This document shows, piece by piece, positions 15,788 through 25,534 of a stretch of DNA of 64,000 bases. Where the stretch lies: the IMG/VR virus record IMGVR_UViG_3300044797_000185, positions 1-64,000 of that record; one strand, written 5' to 3'. The position numbers were made by a program, and so were the translations under genes. Under the pieces are notes generated by a model. That model was given only the letters and a program-made list of their open reading frames with translations. It had not been told where the DNA came from and searched no databases. Position 1 is the first letter of the stretch, and every line of letters starts with the position of its first letter. Origin of the DNA: a virus.

Positions 15788-16717
15788 ATGACAAATATTT
15801 ACATTCTTAAAGGTAACAATATTATAGAATCAGTCGTACCAGACTTTAAAGCACCAGTTATTAATAGTGTCCCAGTTGTTTATGTGAGCCTTAATAATCC
15901 TGTTCTTGCTTCTGCATCTACCTATGCTGTTCTAGGAGATACAGCAGTAACCAATACAGGAAATACAGTCCTAACTGGAGATCTTGGTATTTCCCCAGGT
16001 AATACCATCACTGGTTTTCCTCCTGGTACATATACAGGTACTCTTCATCAAGGTGATGCAGCAGCAGCTCAGGCTCATGCCGATGCAACAGCAGCCGCAA
16101 CAGCATTGAAAGCACTTACTCCTACCACAGATATTTCTTCAACAGATCTTGGTGGAGCAACACTTACTCCTGGTAATTACCATGCAACATCAACTGGTAC
16201 GTGGAGTGCAGGTCCTTTGACATTAAATGGTGCAGGACAATATGTGTTTGTATTTGGTACAGGACTTACTATGCCAGCAAGTGCAACAGTGGTATTGGAG
16301 AATGGTGCAACAGCCGATAACGTTTATTTCGTAACTGGAACAACTTTCACCTTTGGTGCAAATTGCACAGTCAACGGAAACATTCTTGCAGGTACATCTA
16401 TTACATTCGCAGCTTCTAGCGTACTTAATGGAAGAGCCTTAACATATGGTCCCTCTGGGACAACCGTAACATTCCCAAGTGCAGGAACAGTAACGGTTCC
16501 TTCTAATTCTAGTACTTCCTTTAGTTACACTATCACAGCTTTAAATTCACCTTCAGCATTCTATGCAACGTATTTGCCATGGGATTTGGTTATTAATCAT
16601 AGTACTGGAGTAATTTCTGGAACTATTTTTCCTAATAGTGTTGGTGAATTTCGTATTCCATTAGAGGCTGTTAATGATGCTGGTGTAGGTTCAATGGTAT
16701 TAACAATCCAAATCTAA
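15788..16717 (+). CDS. Ice-binding-like (DUF3494) domain protein with C-terminal putative Ig domain
   Basis: YAVLGDTAVTNTG..GDLGISPG..ITGFPPG..DLGGATLTPG.Y..ADNVYF..NGNILAGTSIT; then FSYTITA...GVISGT. Confidence 0.85.
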   Translation: MTNIYILKGNNIIESVVPDFKAPVINSVPVVYVSLNNPVLASASTYAVLGDTAVTNTGNTVLTGDLGISPGNTITGFPPGTYTGTLHQGDAAAAQAHADATAAATALKALTPTTDISSTDLGGATLTPGNYHATSTGTWSAGPLTLNGAGQYVFVFGTGLTMPASATVVLENGATADNVYFVTGTTFTFGANCTVNGNILAGTSITFAASSVLNGRALTYGPSGTTVTFPSAGTVTVPSNSSTSFSYTITALNSPSAFYATYLPWDLVINHSTGVISGTIFPNSVGEFRIPLEAVNDAGVGSMVLTIQI

Positions 16718-16747
16718 ACCAATAGAATAGTTTAAAAGTTATATTAG

Positions 16748-16769
16748 ACAGGGTTCGCAAGAGCCCTGT
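16748..16769 (+). terminator. GNRA-capped hairpin after the ice-binding-domain gene
   Basis: ACAGGGTTC-GCAA-GAGCCCTGT. Confidence 0.55.
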
Positions 16770-16817
16770 TGTATATAACTTATAGAGAATATAATTTTAA
16801 AAAGAAAAGGATAAGAA

Positions 16818-17426
16818 ATGAAAAGATATAGAGTTTGCATTAAAAATGCAAAAGAGTGCAGAATTGAACTTACTTTTGCTGATTTATGTGTAAAATATAC
16901 TAATGGATTTTCTCCTACTTTAAAAATTAAAGAAGGCGAAGAAATTCCTTTAGATGTATGTGATCCAGAAGATATTAGAAAATCTTGGCTCGTAGGATCA
17001 TTACGAGGTTATTTAGAGAATAAGTGGATAGAAGAAATTCAAGATGATAAAGTAAAAACTGAACCAGCTATTATTTTATCCCAATTTATTAGTGAACAAT
17101 CCGTTTTAAATTCTTTAGTAGAAAAAACTAATAAGCAGGAAGTTGCACCCATTTTGCCAGCCGAAGTTCCTCCTCAATCAATTTTACCTGTAGCTCCACC
17201 TGTCGTTGAGCAAAAATCTGTTTCTGTTCAATCGAATGAAGCAATCACCGATTTAAATTTAGTACGTTCATATGAAGATTTTTCCAAGTTAACTCATATT
17301 TTAAAACTTCGATTTATTAAGGAAACTGAAAATTTAGATCTATTACGAGATATTACAGGTAAAACCACATCTAGTCAACTTAAAAATAATATAGCTCTTC
17401 GATTATCTCTACTAAAGGTTCCATAA
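16818..17426 (+). CDS. Hypothetical protein
   Basis: 202 aa with a Pro-rich linker; AAGGA SD. Confidence 0.65.
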   Translation: MKRYRVCIKNAKECRIELTFADLCVKYTNGFSPTLKIKEGEEIPLDVCDPEDIRKSWLVGSLRGYLENKWIEEIQDDKVKTEPAIILSQFISEQSVLNSLVEKTNKQEVAPILPAEVPPQSILPVAPPVVEQKSVSVQSNEAITDLNLVRSYEDFSKLTHILKLRFIKETENLDLLRDITGKTTSSQLKNNIALRLSLLKVP

Positions 17427-17522
17427 ATTTTCTTTTAAAATATAGAATCCAAAAAATTAGGATAAAGAAGATGGCCAATAAAAATTTATTAAACTCTTTT
17501 TATATAGGGATGGGGGTCTTGA

Positions 17523-18278
17523 ATGGCTACTAATCCCCCAGATCCACAATTTGGAGTATCACTTACTCCTCCTCAACTAAATTCAGAACTGCCTTTTAAC
17601 GTTATATACGGTGTTACTCCTCTTGATGAGTATATTCCAATTCAGGTTAATGAGGCAGGGCAGCTTTCAGTTGGAAATGTTACTATTACAGGTCCAGTTA
17701 CTATTACAGGAGCCATTATACAAGGTGTTGATCCTGATAATGGTAATACACCAGAAGATATTTCTGTTGTAAATCTGGGTGGTGGAACTGCATATGCTCT
17801 TAGAACTTCTCTATATGATGGAGCTAATGAGCTTACCATTAATTCTGATGGAAGTATTGATACTCGTATTACTGCTGGTGGAAATTCCCTATTAGTTAAT
17901 CCAGATGGAAGTATAGATGTTAATATTACAAATCCTGGGACTCTTAATACAAATTTAAATGCTTATGCAGAAAATTTGGCAGTTCCTGGTGGTGGGGCAA
18001 CTACAACTCTTTTTACATATTCTGTTCTTGCTTCTACAACCTATCTTTTGAATGGTTTTATTGGTTGGGGAACTTATGATGCAGAGTTTCTTGTATTAAA
18101 AAATAGTGCTCGTATAGGTGGTGGTTGGAGTTCTCCAACTAACCGAACATTATCAATAGATTATGGAGCTACCCCCATTATTGCTAATGCAGGAGATGTT
18201 ATAAATATCACAGTAACTTGTTATGCATCATCAACACAAACTTTTAGATTAAATGTATTAGCAGAATTGATGAGTTAA
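17523..18278 (+). CDS. Putative virion structural/fibre protein
   Basis: Gly/Thr/Asn-rich; repeated L.INxDGSID motif. Confidence 0.55.
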   Translation: MATNPPDPQFGVSLTPPQLNSELPFNVIYGVTPLDEYIPIQVNEAGQLSVGNVTITGPVTITGAIIQGVDPDNGNTPEDISVVNLGGGTAYALRTSLYDGANELTINSDGSIDTRITAGGNSLLVNPDGSIDVNITNPGTLNTNLNAYAENLAVPGGGATTTLFTYSVLASTTYLLNGFIGWGTYDAEFLVLKNSARIGGGWSSPTNRTLSIDYGATPIIANAGDVINITVTCYASSTQTFRLNVLAELMS

Positions 18279-18289
18279 GGAGAATTACA

Positions 18290-18490
18290 ATGGCAGACTT
18301 AGGACCTAATAAAGATTTGCAGCGAAAGCGTTTGAGCGTCCATATTACAGAAATGAGACTTCAACTTGAACGTATGGATCTTCGTAAGCTTGAACTTGCG
18401 GAAGAACTTCGAAAAATAGAAGAAAATATTACAGCAACGAATTTAGATATTAGTAACACACAAGATTCTATAGATAAAATTGGAAAATAA
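18290..18490 (+). CDS. Small coiled-coil protein
   Basis: Heptad-like Leu/Glu/Arg pattern; AAGGAG SD. Confidence 0.65.
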   Translation: MADLGPNKDLQRKRLSVHITEMRLQLERMDLRKLELAEELRKIEENITATNLDISNTQDSIDKIGK

Positions 18491-18508
18491 TTTTTAAGGA
18501 GATATATC

Positions 18509-19915
18509 ATGGCAGATTTTGACGCACAGCAGCCCGTCAGAGCTTTAGCAACAGAATTTACAACTGAGGTAGCTAACTCAGCAGGAACAACAATTAATCC
18601 AGCAGAAGATTATGCACAAGGTTCAACGACTTCAGGTGAAAATAATATTCTAGCAGGTGGTGCAACTACTACTGCTGCACCAACATATGTTACAGGAACT
18701 ACAAATCCATTATCTCTGGATACATTAGGTAATTTAAGGGTTACAAGTTCTGCTGTTGCATTACAAAATGTTAATTTGACTGAGATAGGTGGTGCTGCAA
18801 TAACTCTTGGGCAAACAACAGAAGCTGGTTCTATTCCTGTCACTATTGCTTCAAATCAATCCCCATTAACAGTTTCTGGTAATCTAACAAATAATAATGC
18901 TGCACCTATTGCAGATAACTTTGGAGTATTACCCGCACTTGCTAATGCTGCTCATCCAACATGGACAGAAGGTGATCAAGTTCTTTTGTCTGAAGATTTA
19001 TCTGGTAATCTTCGTGTAATTACAGGTACGGGTTCAACTACTGTTGTAACAGGAACTGTTGCTGTTACACAAAGTACATCTCCTTGGGTAACTGATGTAA
19101 CTCAATGGGCCAATGTCGCTTTAGGTTCTCCTTCAAATTACGGAACTTCACCAGGAGCTGTTGAAGTTATTGGTGTTAATGCTTTTATTACCAATACTGT
19201 ACCAGTTACCGTAGCAACATTACCATTGCCTACTGGTGCTGCTACATCTGCAAATCAAACTACAGAAATTGGTTTATTAACGACTATTGCATCTGAATCT
19301 TTGGCTCAAGGTTCATCCACTTCTGGACAACTTGGAAACTTAGTAATGGGAGCTGCTACTACTGCTGCACCAACATATACAACTGGAGATACATATCCAT
19401 TATCTCTAAATACATCAGGTAATTTACGAGTAATTGATACGGCTGCTGGACCAGTTACTCCTGGAACAGTAGCAACAAATTCTGAATTAGCTGGTGGTCA
19501 GTATAATTCTACTCCCCCCACTCTTACAACAGGACAGCAAGTTGCTTTACAGGTTGACGCTAATGGTCGCTTATTAGTTGATACAAATACTTCTGCTTCT
19601 ATAGTTCCAGTTCTTACTTATTTTACCGATGCAGCTGTTGCAACAAGTGGTACAGTTACACACTCACTTGCTGGTCCAGTTACATTAGATAAGATTGATG
19701 CTACGGGATCTGGAGAAATTAAGTTTACTGTTGCTATCGGTACTACAGGTAGTGAAGTAACTTACTGGAATGGTTTTAGTAGTGCATCGAACCAAGATAT
19801 TGAATTTGCATTGCCTTATGGTTATGTAATTCCTACTGGTAGTTCTGTAAAAGTTACACTTAAAAACAGAGATACGGCTGCTCAAGACTTGTACGTTACT
19901 TTCTTTAGTCATTAA
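18509..19915 (+). CDS. Fibre-like repeat protein A
   Basis: Internal repeats (AQGSTTSG...TTAAPTY...PLSL...GNLRV) shared with 19948-21663. Confidence 0.65.
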   Translation: MADFDAQQPVRALATEFTTEVANSAGTTINPAEDYAQGSTTSGENNILAGGATTTAAPTYVTGTTNPLSLDTLGNLRVTSSAVALQNVNLTEIGGAAITLGQTTEAGSIPVTIASNQSPLTVSGNLTNNNAAPIADNFGVLPALANAAHPTWTEGDQVLLSEDLSGNLRVITGTGSTTVVTGTVAVTQSTSPWVTDVTQWANVALGSPSNYGTSPGAVEVIGVNAFITNTVPVTVATLPLPTGAATSANQTTEIGLLTTIASESLAQGSSTSGQLGNLVMGAATTAAPTYTTGDTYPLSLNTSGNLRVIDTAAGPVTPGTVATNSELAGGQYNSTPPTLTTGQQVALQVDANGRLLVDTNTSASIVPVLTYFTDAAVATSGTVTHSLAGPVTLDKIDATGSGEIKFTVAIGTTGSEVTYWNGFSSASNQDIEFALPYGYVIPTGSSVKVTLKNRDTAAQDLYVTFFSH

Positions 19916-19947
19916 TAGATAAATAAGTTGTAAGAAAAGGATAAGAC

Positions 19948-21663
19948 ATGGCTGATTTACCAATCACATCAGATGAGGGTGCAACCCCTGTTGTAATTAA
20001 TGACCCTACTACTACAGCGAATGTTGCTAATGTTAAAGCAGCATCTACTGCTTCTGTTGCAGGAGATAGTTCTTTAGTAGTTGCTCTTTCACCAAATTCA
20101 CCACTTCCTACTGGTACTAATAATATTGGTGTGACAGGTGTAGCTCAGGGATCAACTACTTCTGGTGAGCATGGAGATTTAATTCAAGGAGCTGTTACAA
20201 CTGCTGCTCCTGCATATACTACAGCGCAGACTAGTCCATTATCTTTAACTACGGCGGGGGCACTAAGAACAGATAGTAGTGCTACTACACAGCCAATTTC
20301 TGGTACTGTAGCAGTAACTCAATCCACTTCTCCATGGGTTATAAGTGGTGCGGTAACAAATACTCCTCCTGCTAATCAAAGTGTCAATCTTACTCAGTTG
20401 AATAGTGTTGCTCTTGGTTCTCCTTCAAATTACGGAACTTCTCCTGGAGCTGTTGAAGTACAAGGTGTTAATGCCTTTATTACAAATACAGTACCTGTTA
20501 CTTTAGCAAGTACAACTATTACAGGAACAGTGGCTGTAACACAGTCAACATCCCCTTGGGTTGTCAGCCTTGCAAGTACAACAATCACTGGCACAGTGAC
20601 AACTGCTGGTAATCTTACTAATAATAATGCAGCACCTATTGGTGACAATTTAGGTGTTCTTCCAGCTCTTGCTGAAGGTACATTAAGTGCATCACGTTAT
20701 ACTACTGGAGATCAGGTACTTTTAGTTACTGATTTAGCTGGTAATACTAATGTTGATCTTCAATATTATTTAGGGGCCGCAGTTAGTAAAACAAATCCAA
20801 TAGCAACAACAATTTCTGATGGTACTAATGTAATTACTGCTGCTATTTCTGCTTATGGTACTGCTCCTACTGGAACGGAAGTTATGGGTGTTAATGCCTT
20901 TATAACTAATACTCCAGCAGTTACTGGTAATAAGACAAATAATAATGCTGCTCCAGGTGCTACTAATTTAGGTGTTCTTCCAGCTCTTGCTAATGCAGCT
21001 TCTCCTACTTGGACAGAAGGAGATTTAGTATTAGAATCTGTTGATCTTACAGGTAGACAGAGAATACGTGGTACTCTTTCTGGTAATAGTGCTGCTCCTG
21101 ATACTGATGGTATAATGACTTTAACAGCTGTAGCCGCAGCAGCCGCTCCTACTTGGACATCGGGTGATTTAGTTCTGCTATCAGAGGATCTATCTGGAAA
21201 TCTTCGAGTAAAAGATACTTCCGCTGGTCCAGTTACTCCTGGAACAGTAGCAACAAATTCTGAATTAGCTGGTGGTCAGTATAATTCTACATTACCTACT
21301 CTTACAACGGGTCAGCAAGGAGCTTTGCAAACCGATTCAAGTGGAAGATTACTAGTAAATGCACAACAAACTGGATTATCTAGCGTAATTACTACAGGAT
21401 CACTTAGTACTGTTGGAACAACAGCTGTACAGATGCATAGTGGGTCTATTCTCGCTTTAACTGGTGTAACTGTTAGATCATCTCCATCTAATACTGCTAT
21501 GATATATGTTGGTCCTTCAACTGTAACAGCCAATACAGCTGCCGCAACAGATGGTATTCCATTAAAAATAGGGGAAAGCATTACTTTAGCAATAACTAAT
21601 ATTAATTTAATTTATTTAATTGCAACCGCAGCTGCTCAGGAAGTATTTTGGGTGGTTCTCTAA
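19948..21663 (+). CDS. Fibre-like repeat protein B (paralogue of A)
   Basis: Same modules in a different order and number; 62 bp identical to A (21229-21290 = 19451-19512). Confidence 0.65.
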   Translation: MADLPITSDEGATPVVINDPTTTANVANVKAASTASVAGDSSLVVALSPNSPLPTGTNNIGVTGVAQGSTTSGEHGDLIQGAVTTAAPAYTTAQTSPLSLTTAGALRTDSSATTQPISGTVAVTQSTSPWVISGAVTNTPPANQSVNLTQLNSVALGSPSNYGTSPGAVEVQGVNAFITNTVPVTLASTTITGTVAVTQSTSPWVVSLASTTITGTVTTAGNLTNNNAAPIGDNLGVLPALAEGTLSASRYTTGDQVLLVTDLAGNTNVDLQYYLGAAVSKTNPIATTISDGTNVITAAISAYGTAPTGTEVMGVNAFITNTPAVTGNKTNNNAAPGATNLGVLPALANAASPTWTEGDLVLESVDLTGRQRIRGTLSGNSAAPDTDGIMTLTAVAAAAAPTWTSGDLVLLSEDLSGNLRVKDTSAGPVTPGTVATNSELAGGQYNSTLPTLTTGQQGALQTDSSGRLLVNAQQTGLSSVITTGSLSTVGTTAVQMHSGSILALTGVTVRSSPSNTAMIYVGPSTVTANTAAATDGIPLKIGESITLAITNINLIYLIATAAAQEVFWVVL

Positions 21664-22220
21664 TGTCTATTATTTCTCCTAATTCATCGCAAACATTTAA
21701 TACACAAACCTTTATAGCAAGTGGTACTTTTACACTTCCTTCAGGTGTTGGACTTGTCACAGCCAATGTTTTAATTATCGGTGGTGGTGGTGGCGGTGGT
21801 GGGAGTGGAAACTCGACAACGCATGGTGGTACTGGTGGAACTGGTGGAACAACGAGTTTTGGATCAACAAATGCTACAGGGGGAACTGGTGGAACTGGTG
21901 GTTCTGGTGGTGTTGCTGCTGCACCAGGAGGTACTGGATACAATGCGGGTCAATCAGCGTTCTCATCATCTGCTGATGTAGCTGGAGGTACTGGTGGTGT
22001 AGGTGCATATGGATTTGGATCAGGTGGTGCTGGTGGTCCTTCTGGTATCAGTCCAGGCGGTGGTGGTGGTAGCGGAAATTTAGCAGTTTTTAGTGGAACC
22101 ATTACTACAAGTCAAACAGTAACTATTGGTGCTGGAGGTACTGCTGGAACGGCTGGTGGTGCTAGTTTTGCTGGAAATGCTGGATCAGATGGTGTAGTTA
22201 TTGTTTCTTACTGGTATTAA
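21663..22220 (+). CDS. Glycine-rich tail-fibre-associated protein
   Basis: TFIASGTFTLPSGV...IIGGGGGGG...GSDGVVIV pattern of glycine-rich domains. Confidence 0.7.
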   Translation: MSIISPNSSQTFNTQTFIASGTFTLPSGVGLVTANVLIIGGGGGGGGSGNSTTHGGTGGTGGTTSFGSTNATGGTGGTGGSGGVAAAPGGTGYNAGQSAFSSSADVAGGTGGVGAYGFGSGGAGGPSGISPGGGGGSGNLAVFSGTITTSQTVTIGAGGTAGTAGGASFAGNAGSDGVVIVSYWY

Positions 22221-22222
22221 TT

Positions 22223-22681
22223 ATGGAATTATTGGCATTAATTCTTAATGGTGTTGTTGTAAATATAGTATCTTGGGACGGTGTATCCTCTTGGACTCCT
22301 GATCCTTCATATACTGTTGTTAACATTACTTCCCAACCCCAAGTTGCAATAGGGTGGAGTTATGATGGGACAAATTTTACAGCACCTATTGCACCACCTT
22401 CCCCACCACCATTGCCTTTAAATCAGCAATATACAGAGTCGGAATATGGGCAATACTTAATCAGTCAGTTTACCACAATAAATACACAAAGAAATTTGAC
22501 GAGCACAGAACTTTTTGCACTGGCTTCAAATTTGGGTCCTTTTTATATTCTTTTACAGTGTGGCAGTTTACAAGCTTTTTTAGATAACTTATCGAATATA
22601 CCAGTTGATGGAACAGTGATTACAACTGCTATAGTCACTCAATTTCAAAATGCTATTCAAGCATATCTAGCAGGAGATTAA
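22223..22681 (+). CDS. Fibre assembly/chaperone-like protein
   Basis: VVNIVSWDG...VAIGWSYDGTNFTAP motif, commonly found next to Gly-rich fibre genes. Confidence 0.5.
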   Translation: MELLALILNGVVVNIVSWDGVSSWTPDPSYTVVNITSQPQVAIGWSYDGTNFTAPIAPPSPPPLPLNQQYTESEYGQYLISQFTTINTQRNLTSTELFALASNLGPFYILLQCGSLQAFLDNLSNIPVDGTVITTAIVTQFQNAIQAYLAGD

Positions 22682-22765
22682 CGTGTCATATGATAATATT
22701 CTATTGTTTGAGGTTGTGCCAAACAGTCCATAGCATGATAAATTGGTTGCCTTTGGAGAAAAATA

Positions 22766-23278
22766 ATGCCTTCTAAGAGACGCAATATACTTCATCCTGG
22801 AGATATTTTACTTTTTAAGCCAAGAGGTAATGTTTCATTTTCTGATACCCTGATTATATGGGGTCAAAAATTATTTCGTCAAGTTCCCAGAAAAGATAAA
22901 TATGTTCATGTAGCTCTTGTTGATAGGGATACTCGATTTATTTTAGAAGCAAAATGGCCTAAGACTCGAAGATCTAATTTAATTACTACAAAATCTAATT
23001 CAAAGTATAAAATTGAAGTATATCGTGTACGTGGTATTACAGAAGAACAGATTAAGTTTGCTTTAGATTGGGCTCATGAACATTTAGATGAATGGTATGA
23101 TGTTCCTCTATTTTTAACTGGATTTTTATATATAAAGCATACACAAATTTGTTCTACGTATGTTTCTAATTCTTTTAAAGCCGCTAAGTTAGATATACCC
23201 TATGGATGCGGAAATAAAAAATTTATTGTTCCTGATGATTACGCTATCGATAATGCGAGGTTAGAACGAATTATGTAA
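22766..23278 (+). CDS. Permuted papain-like (YiiX/YaeF, NlpC/P60 superfamily) amidase
   Basis: LHPGDILLF, YVHVAL (His before Cys), WYD...CSTYVSNSF. Confidence 0.75.
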   Translation: MPSKRRNILHPGDILLFKPRGNVSFSDTLIIWGQKLFRQVPRKDKYVHVALVDRDTRFILEAKWPKTRRSNLITTKSNSKYKIEVYRVRGITEEQIKFALDWAHEHLDEWYDVPLFLTGFLYIKHTQICSTYVSNSFKAAKLDIPYGCGNKKFIVPDDYAIDNARLERIM

Positions 23279-23291
23279 AAATGGAGTTAAT

Positions 23292-23465
23292 ATGCCTTGT
23301 CCTGAATGCTCACGAAAAAGATTTAGAGAAAAAGTAATTAAAAAAAGCAAACGTAACTTTATGGTGCGCGAATGTCTGGGTTGTAATACTCAGTATGAAT
23401 TGAAAGAAGTTAGAAAATCACGACTTACCAATGAGTGGGTCGAAAAAGAGTCAGAAGATAAATAA
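23292..23465 (+). CDS. 57-aa Zn-ribbon-like protein, absent from the ORF track
   Basis: MPCPECSRK...RECLGCNTQY; GGAG SD. Confidence 0.6.
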   Translation: MPCPECSRKRFREKVIKKSKRNFMVRECLGCNTQYELKEVRKSRLTNEWVEKESEDK

Positions 23466-23482
23466 ATTTAAGGAGTCTTACT

Positions 23483-24133
23483 ATGAGTTTTATTCAAAAT
23501 GTGGAAGTTGATTGGACAAATTTTAAGGTATTGAAAGCAGGACATCTCAGCACGAATATTATTTATTACTTGCTAACTGATCTCCAGTATGTTGCTTTCA
23601 TGGTTTATAGTGTTGGAACTCCAGGTTCTCCTGAATCTGTTTACTTTGTAAACATTAATAGAGATCCTTCTTCAAGTGGCCCTTATGCCGCTCTTTCTTC
23701 TGGAGTTAAAGCTCATGTAACAATCCAGGATATTACTTATACTGCAAATCTATATGGAACAGCGGGAAATAGTATTACAGTTCAATATACAAATGATGCT
23801 ACTTCTGTTGGTCAAGAGTATGTCACTGTTTCTGGCACTGCAATTACCGTTCATATTGTTAGTGGAAGTAGCACAGCTCAGCAAGTTCTCACAGCAGTAG
23901 CAGGATGGAATGCTTATAATGGTCAAATTAACAAATCACAAGCTTCCGCAGAATTACTTTCAGCCGTCATATCAGGAGCTTCAGGTAATGCACAAACAAC
24001 TCAAGGACCTACATCTTTAGCAAGTGGAACAGCAGCAACAACAGTGTTAGCTGATTGGACCGCTAACTATTTAGGTTCCGCTACTTTAGCCACAAGTTTT
24101 GCCAATGCCATTGCAGATGAATTAGCCGCATAA
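23483..24133 (+). CDS. Putative virion structural protein
   Basis: Shares the TIQDITY...VTVSGTAITVHI module with 27764-30466. Confidence 0.6.
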   Translation: MSFIQNVEVDWTNFKVLKAGHLSTNIIYYLLTDLQYVAFMVYSVGTPGSPESVYFVNINRDPSSSGPYAALSSGVKAHVTIQDITYTANLYGTAGNSITVQYTNDATSVGQEYVTVSGTAITVHIVSGSSTAQQVLTAVAGWNAYNGQINKSQASAELLSAVISGASGNAQTTQGPTSLASGTAATTVLADWTANYLGSATLATSFANAIADELAA

Positions 24134-24142
24134 GGATAAAAT

Positions 24143-24958
24143 ATGGCCTTAGTAATACCTCAACCACCAGTACTTACAAATATTGGATCTAACTTCTTTA
24201 CAGTTAACGTATTACCAAATAATCCAGTTGGTACGTTTTATGCTATCCAAGTTATTTTTAATGGGACGGGTGGATTTCTTAATGCTCAGGGTGTAATTCA
24301 ACCAGTTCAGATGTGGATTAATACAACATTGATTCAGGTTACTGGTCTTACTCCTGGTAACAATTACTCCGTTCGTTTGAGTGCAGCCGATGATGCTATC
24401 GGCACTAATCAAACAGCATTTGGAACTTTAGCTAGTACCACGACCTTAACAGGAGTAACAAGTCCTTTTGCTACAACTTTTACAAGTGCGGAACAAATTG
24501 TTATTCAACAAAGTCGAAAACTTATGCCAGAAATTTTTTCTCGTAATACAAGAGATGAAAAAATCTTGGCTTATGCTAATTTGATTCTTACAGATATTAA
24601 CTTCTTTCCTCCATTCACCAACTTCACGATCACTGATGTTGTTAACAACCCTAACTTGGCCAATTTGCTATATTTCGGTATCTCTCTTATGACTGAATTG
24701 TTCCTACAGGCAAGGGCAACTTTGGAAGATTTTCAGTATAATGATAATGGGCTTTCTTTGAACGTTGATCAGGTTGGAAAAATTTCTCAATCTTATGCTA
24801 ATATGCTTCAATTCTATCAACAGATGATCATTAATTTTAAGAAAACTCAGATTTTTGCAGTAGGAGCTGTTGGTTTAGGGACTCCCCGTTATCAGAGCCA
24901 AATTGGACAATTTCTAAAAATTAGTTTAGGAAGTGCTTTCTCATGGAATGTACCCTAA
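24143..24958 (+). CDS. Putative neck/head-tail adaptor with N-terminal FN3-like domain
   Basis: N-terminal ~100 aa align by eye with the N-terminus of 26591. C-terminal helical domain. Position fits a neck protein. Confidence 0.5.
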   Translation: MALVIPQPPVLTNIGSNFFTVNVLPNNPVGTFYAIQVIFNGTGGFLNAQGVIQPVQMWINTTLIQVTGLTPGNNYSVRLSAADDAIGTNQTAFGTLASTTTLTGVTSPFATTFTSAEQIVIQQSRKLMPEIFSRNTRDEKILAYANLILTDINFFPPFTNFTITDVVNNPNLANLLYFGISLMTELFLQARATLEDFQYNDNGLSLNVDQVGKISQSYANMLQFYQQMIINFKKTQIFAVGAVGLGTPRYQSQIGQFLKISLGSAFSWNVP

Positions 24959-25000
24959 TAGATAACAATACAAATAATAGTAGCAGATTTGTTATTAATG

Positions 25001-25009
25001 TGCTATACT
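25001..25009 (+). promoter_or_regulatory. Extended -10 promoter
   Basis: TGcTATACT, 7-nt gap, then ATG at 25017; weak -35. Confidence 0.55.
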
Positions 25010-25016
25010 AATAGAT

Positions 25017-25241
25017 ATGAAAAAGAAAAGTACATTTGATAAAAAGCTTTATGAGTGTCAATGGCAAGCTTCATTGAAAGCAGTAAATTTTTATTTCAAT
25101 AATGAAGTTAAAAGTATTCTTTGGATGCAAATAAAAAATCCGTTACTTGGGAATGTATCTCCAGAAACTATGCTTAAAGCAGGACGATTTGACAAATTGA
25201 TGAAGTTTATTTATACACAGTTAGAAAAGGATAAGATATGA
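25017..25241 (+). CDS. Xre/MbcA/ParS-type antitoxin C-terminal (DUF2384)-like protein
   Basis: LWMQIKNPLLGNVSPETMLKAGRFDKL matches the W...N..LG...P..+L..G pattern. Confidence 0.65.
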   Translation: MKKKSTFDKKLYECQWQASLKAVNFYFNNEVKSILWMQIKNPLLGNVSPETMLKAGRFDKLMKFIYTQLEKDKI

Positions 25242-25534
25242 TAAAGAATTTTATAGATAAAATATATCCTAAGTTGCTTGAGAAAATTTTGAGTGTGTTT
25301 GATATTTCTTCAGGACCAATTGTTGGTCTTTGGAGTCTTGTTCTTCTTATTGGATGTATGTATTCAATTTATCAAACAAAAACGGTTACTACACCAGTAG
25401 CTATGATTTTTTCAACAATTATTAGCGCGTTTGCTGGGCATAAGATTGTAAAGGTATGGAAAGGAACAGATAGTCAAGATCAGAGTAGTACAGGAGACGA
25501 CAATGGAAATGATTCTACAAAGCCTCAAAGCTAA
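25238..25534 (+). CDS. Holin-like membrane protein
   Basis: 98 aa, two hydrophobic segments, hydrophilic C-terminal tail. Confidence 0.5.
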   Translation: MIKNFIDKIYPKLLEKILSVFDISSGPIVGLWSLVLLIGCMYSIYQTKTVTTPVAMIFSTIISAFAGHKIVKVWKGTDSQDQSSTGDDNGNDSTKPQS

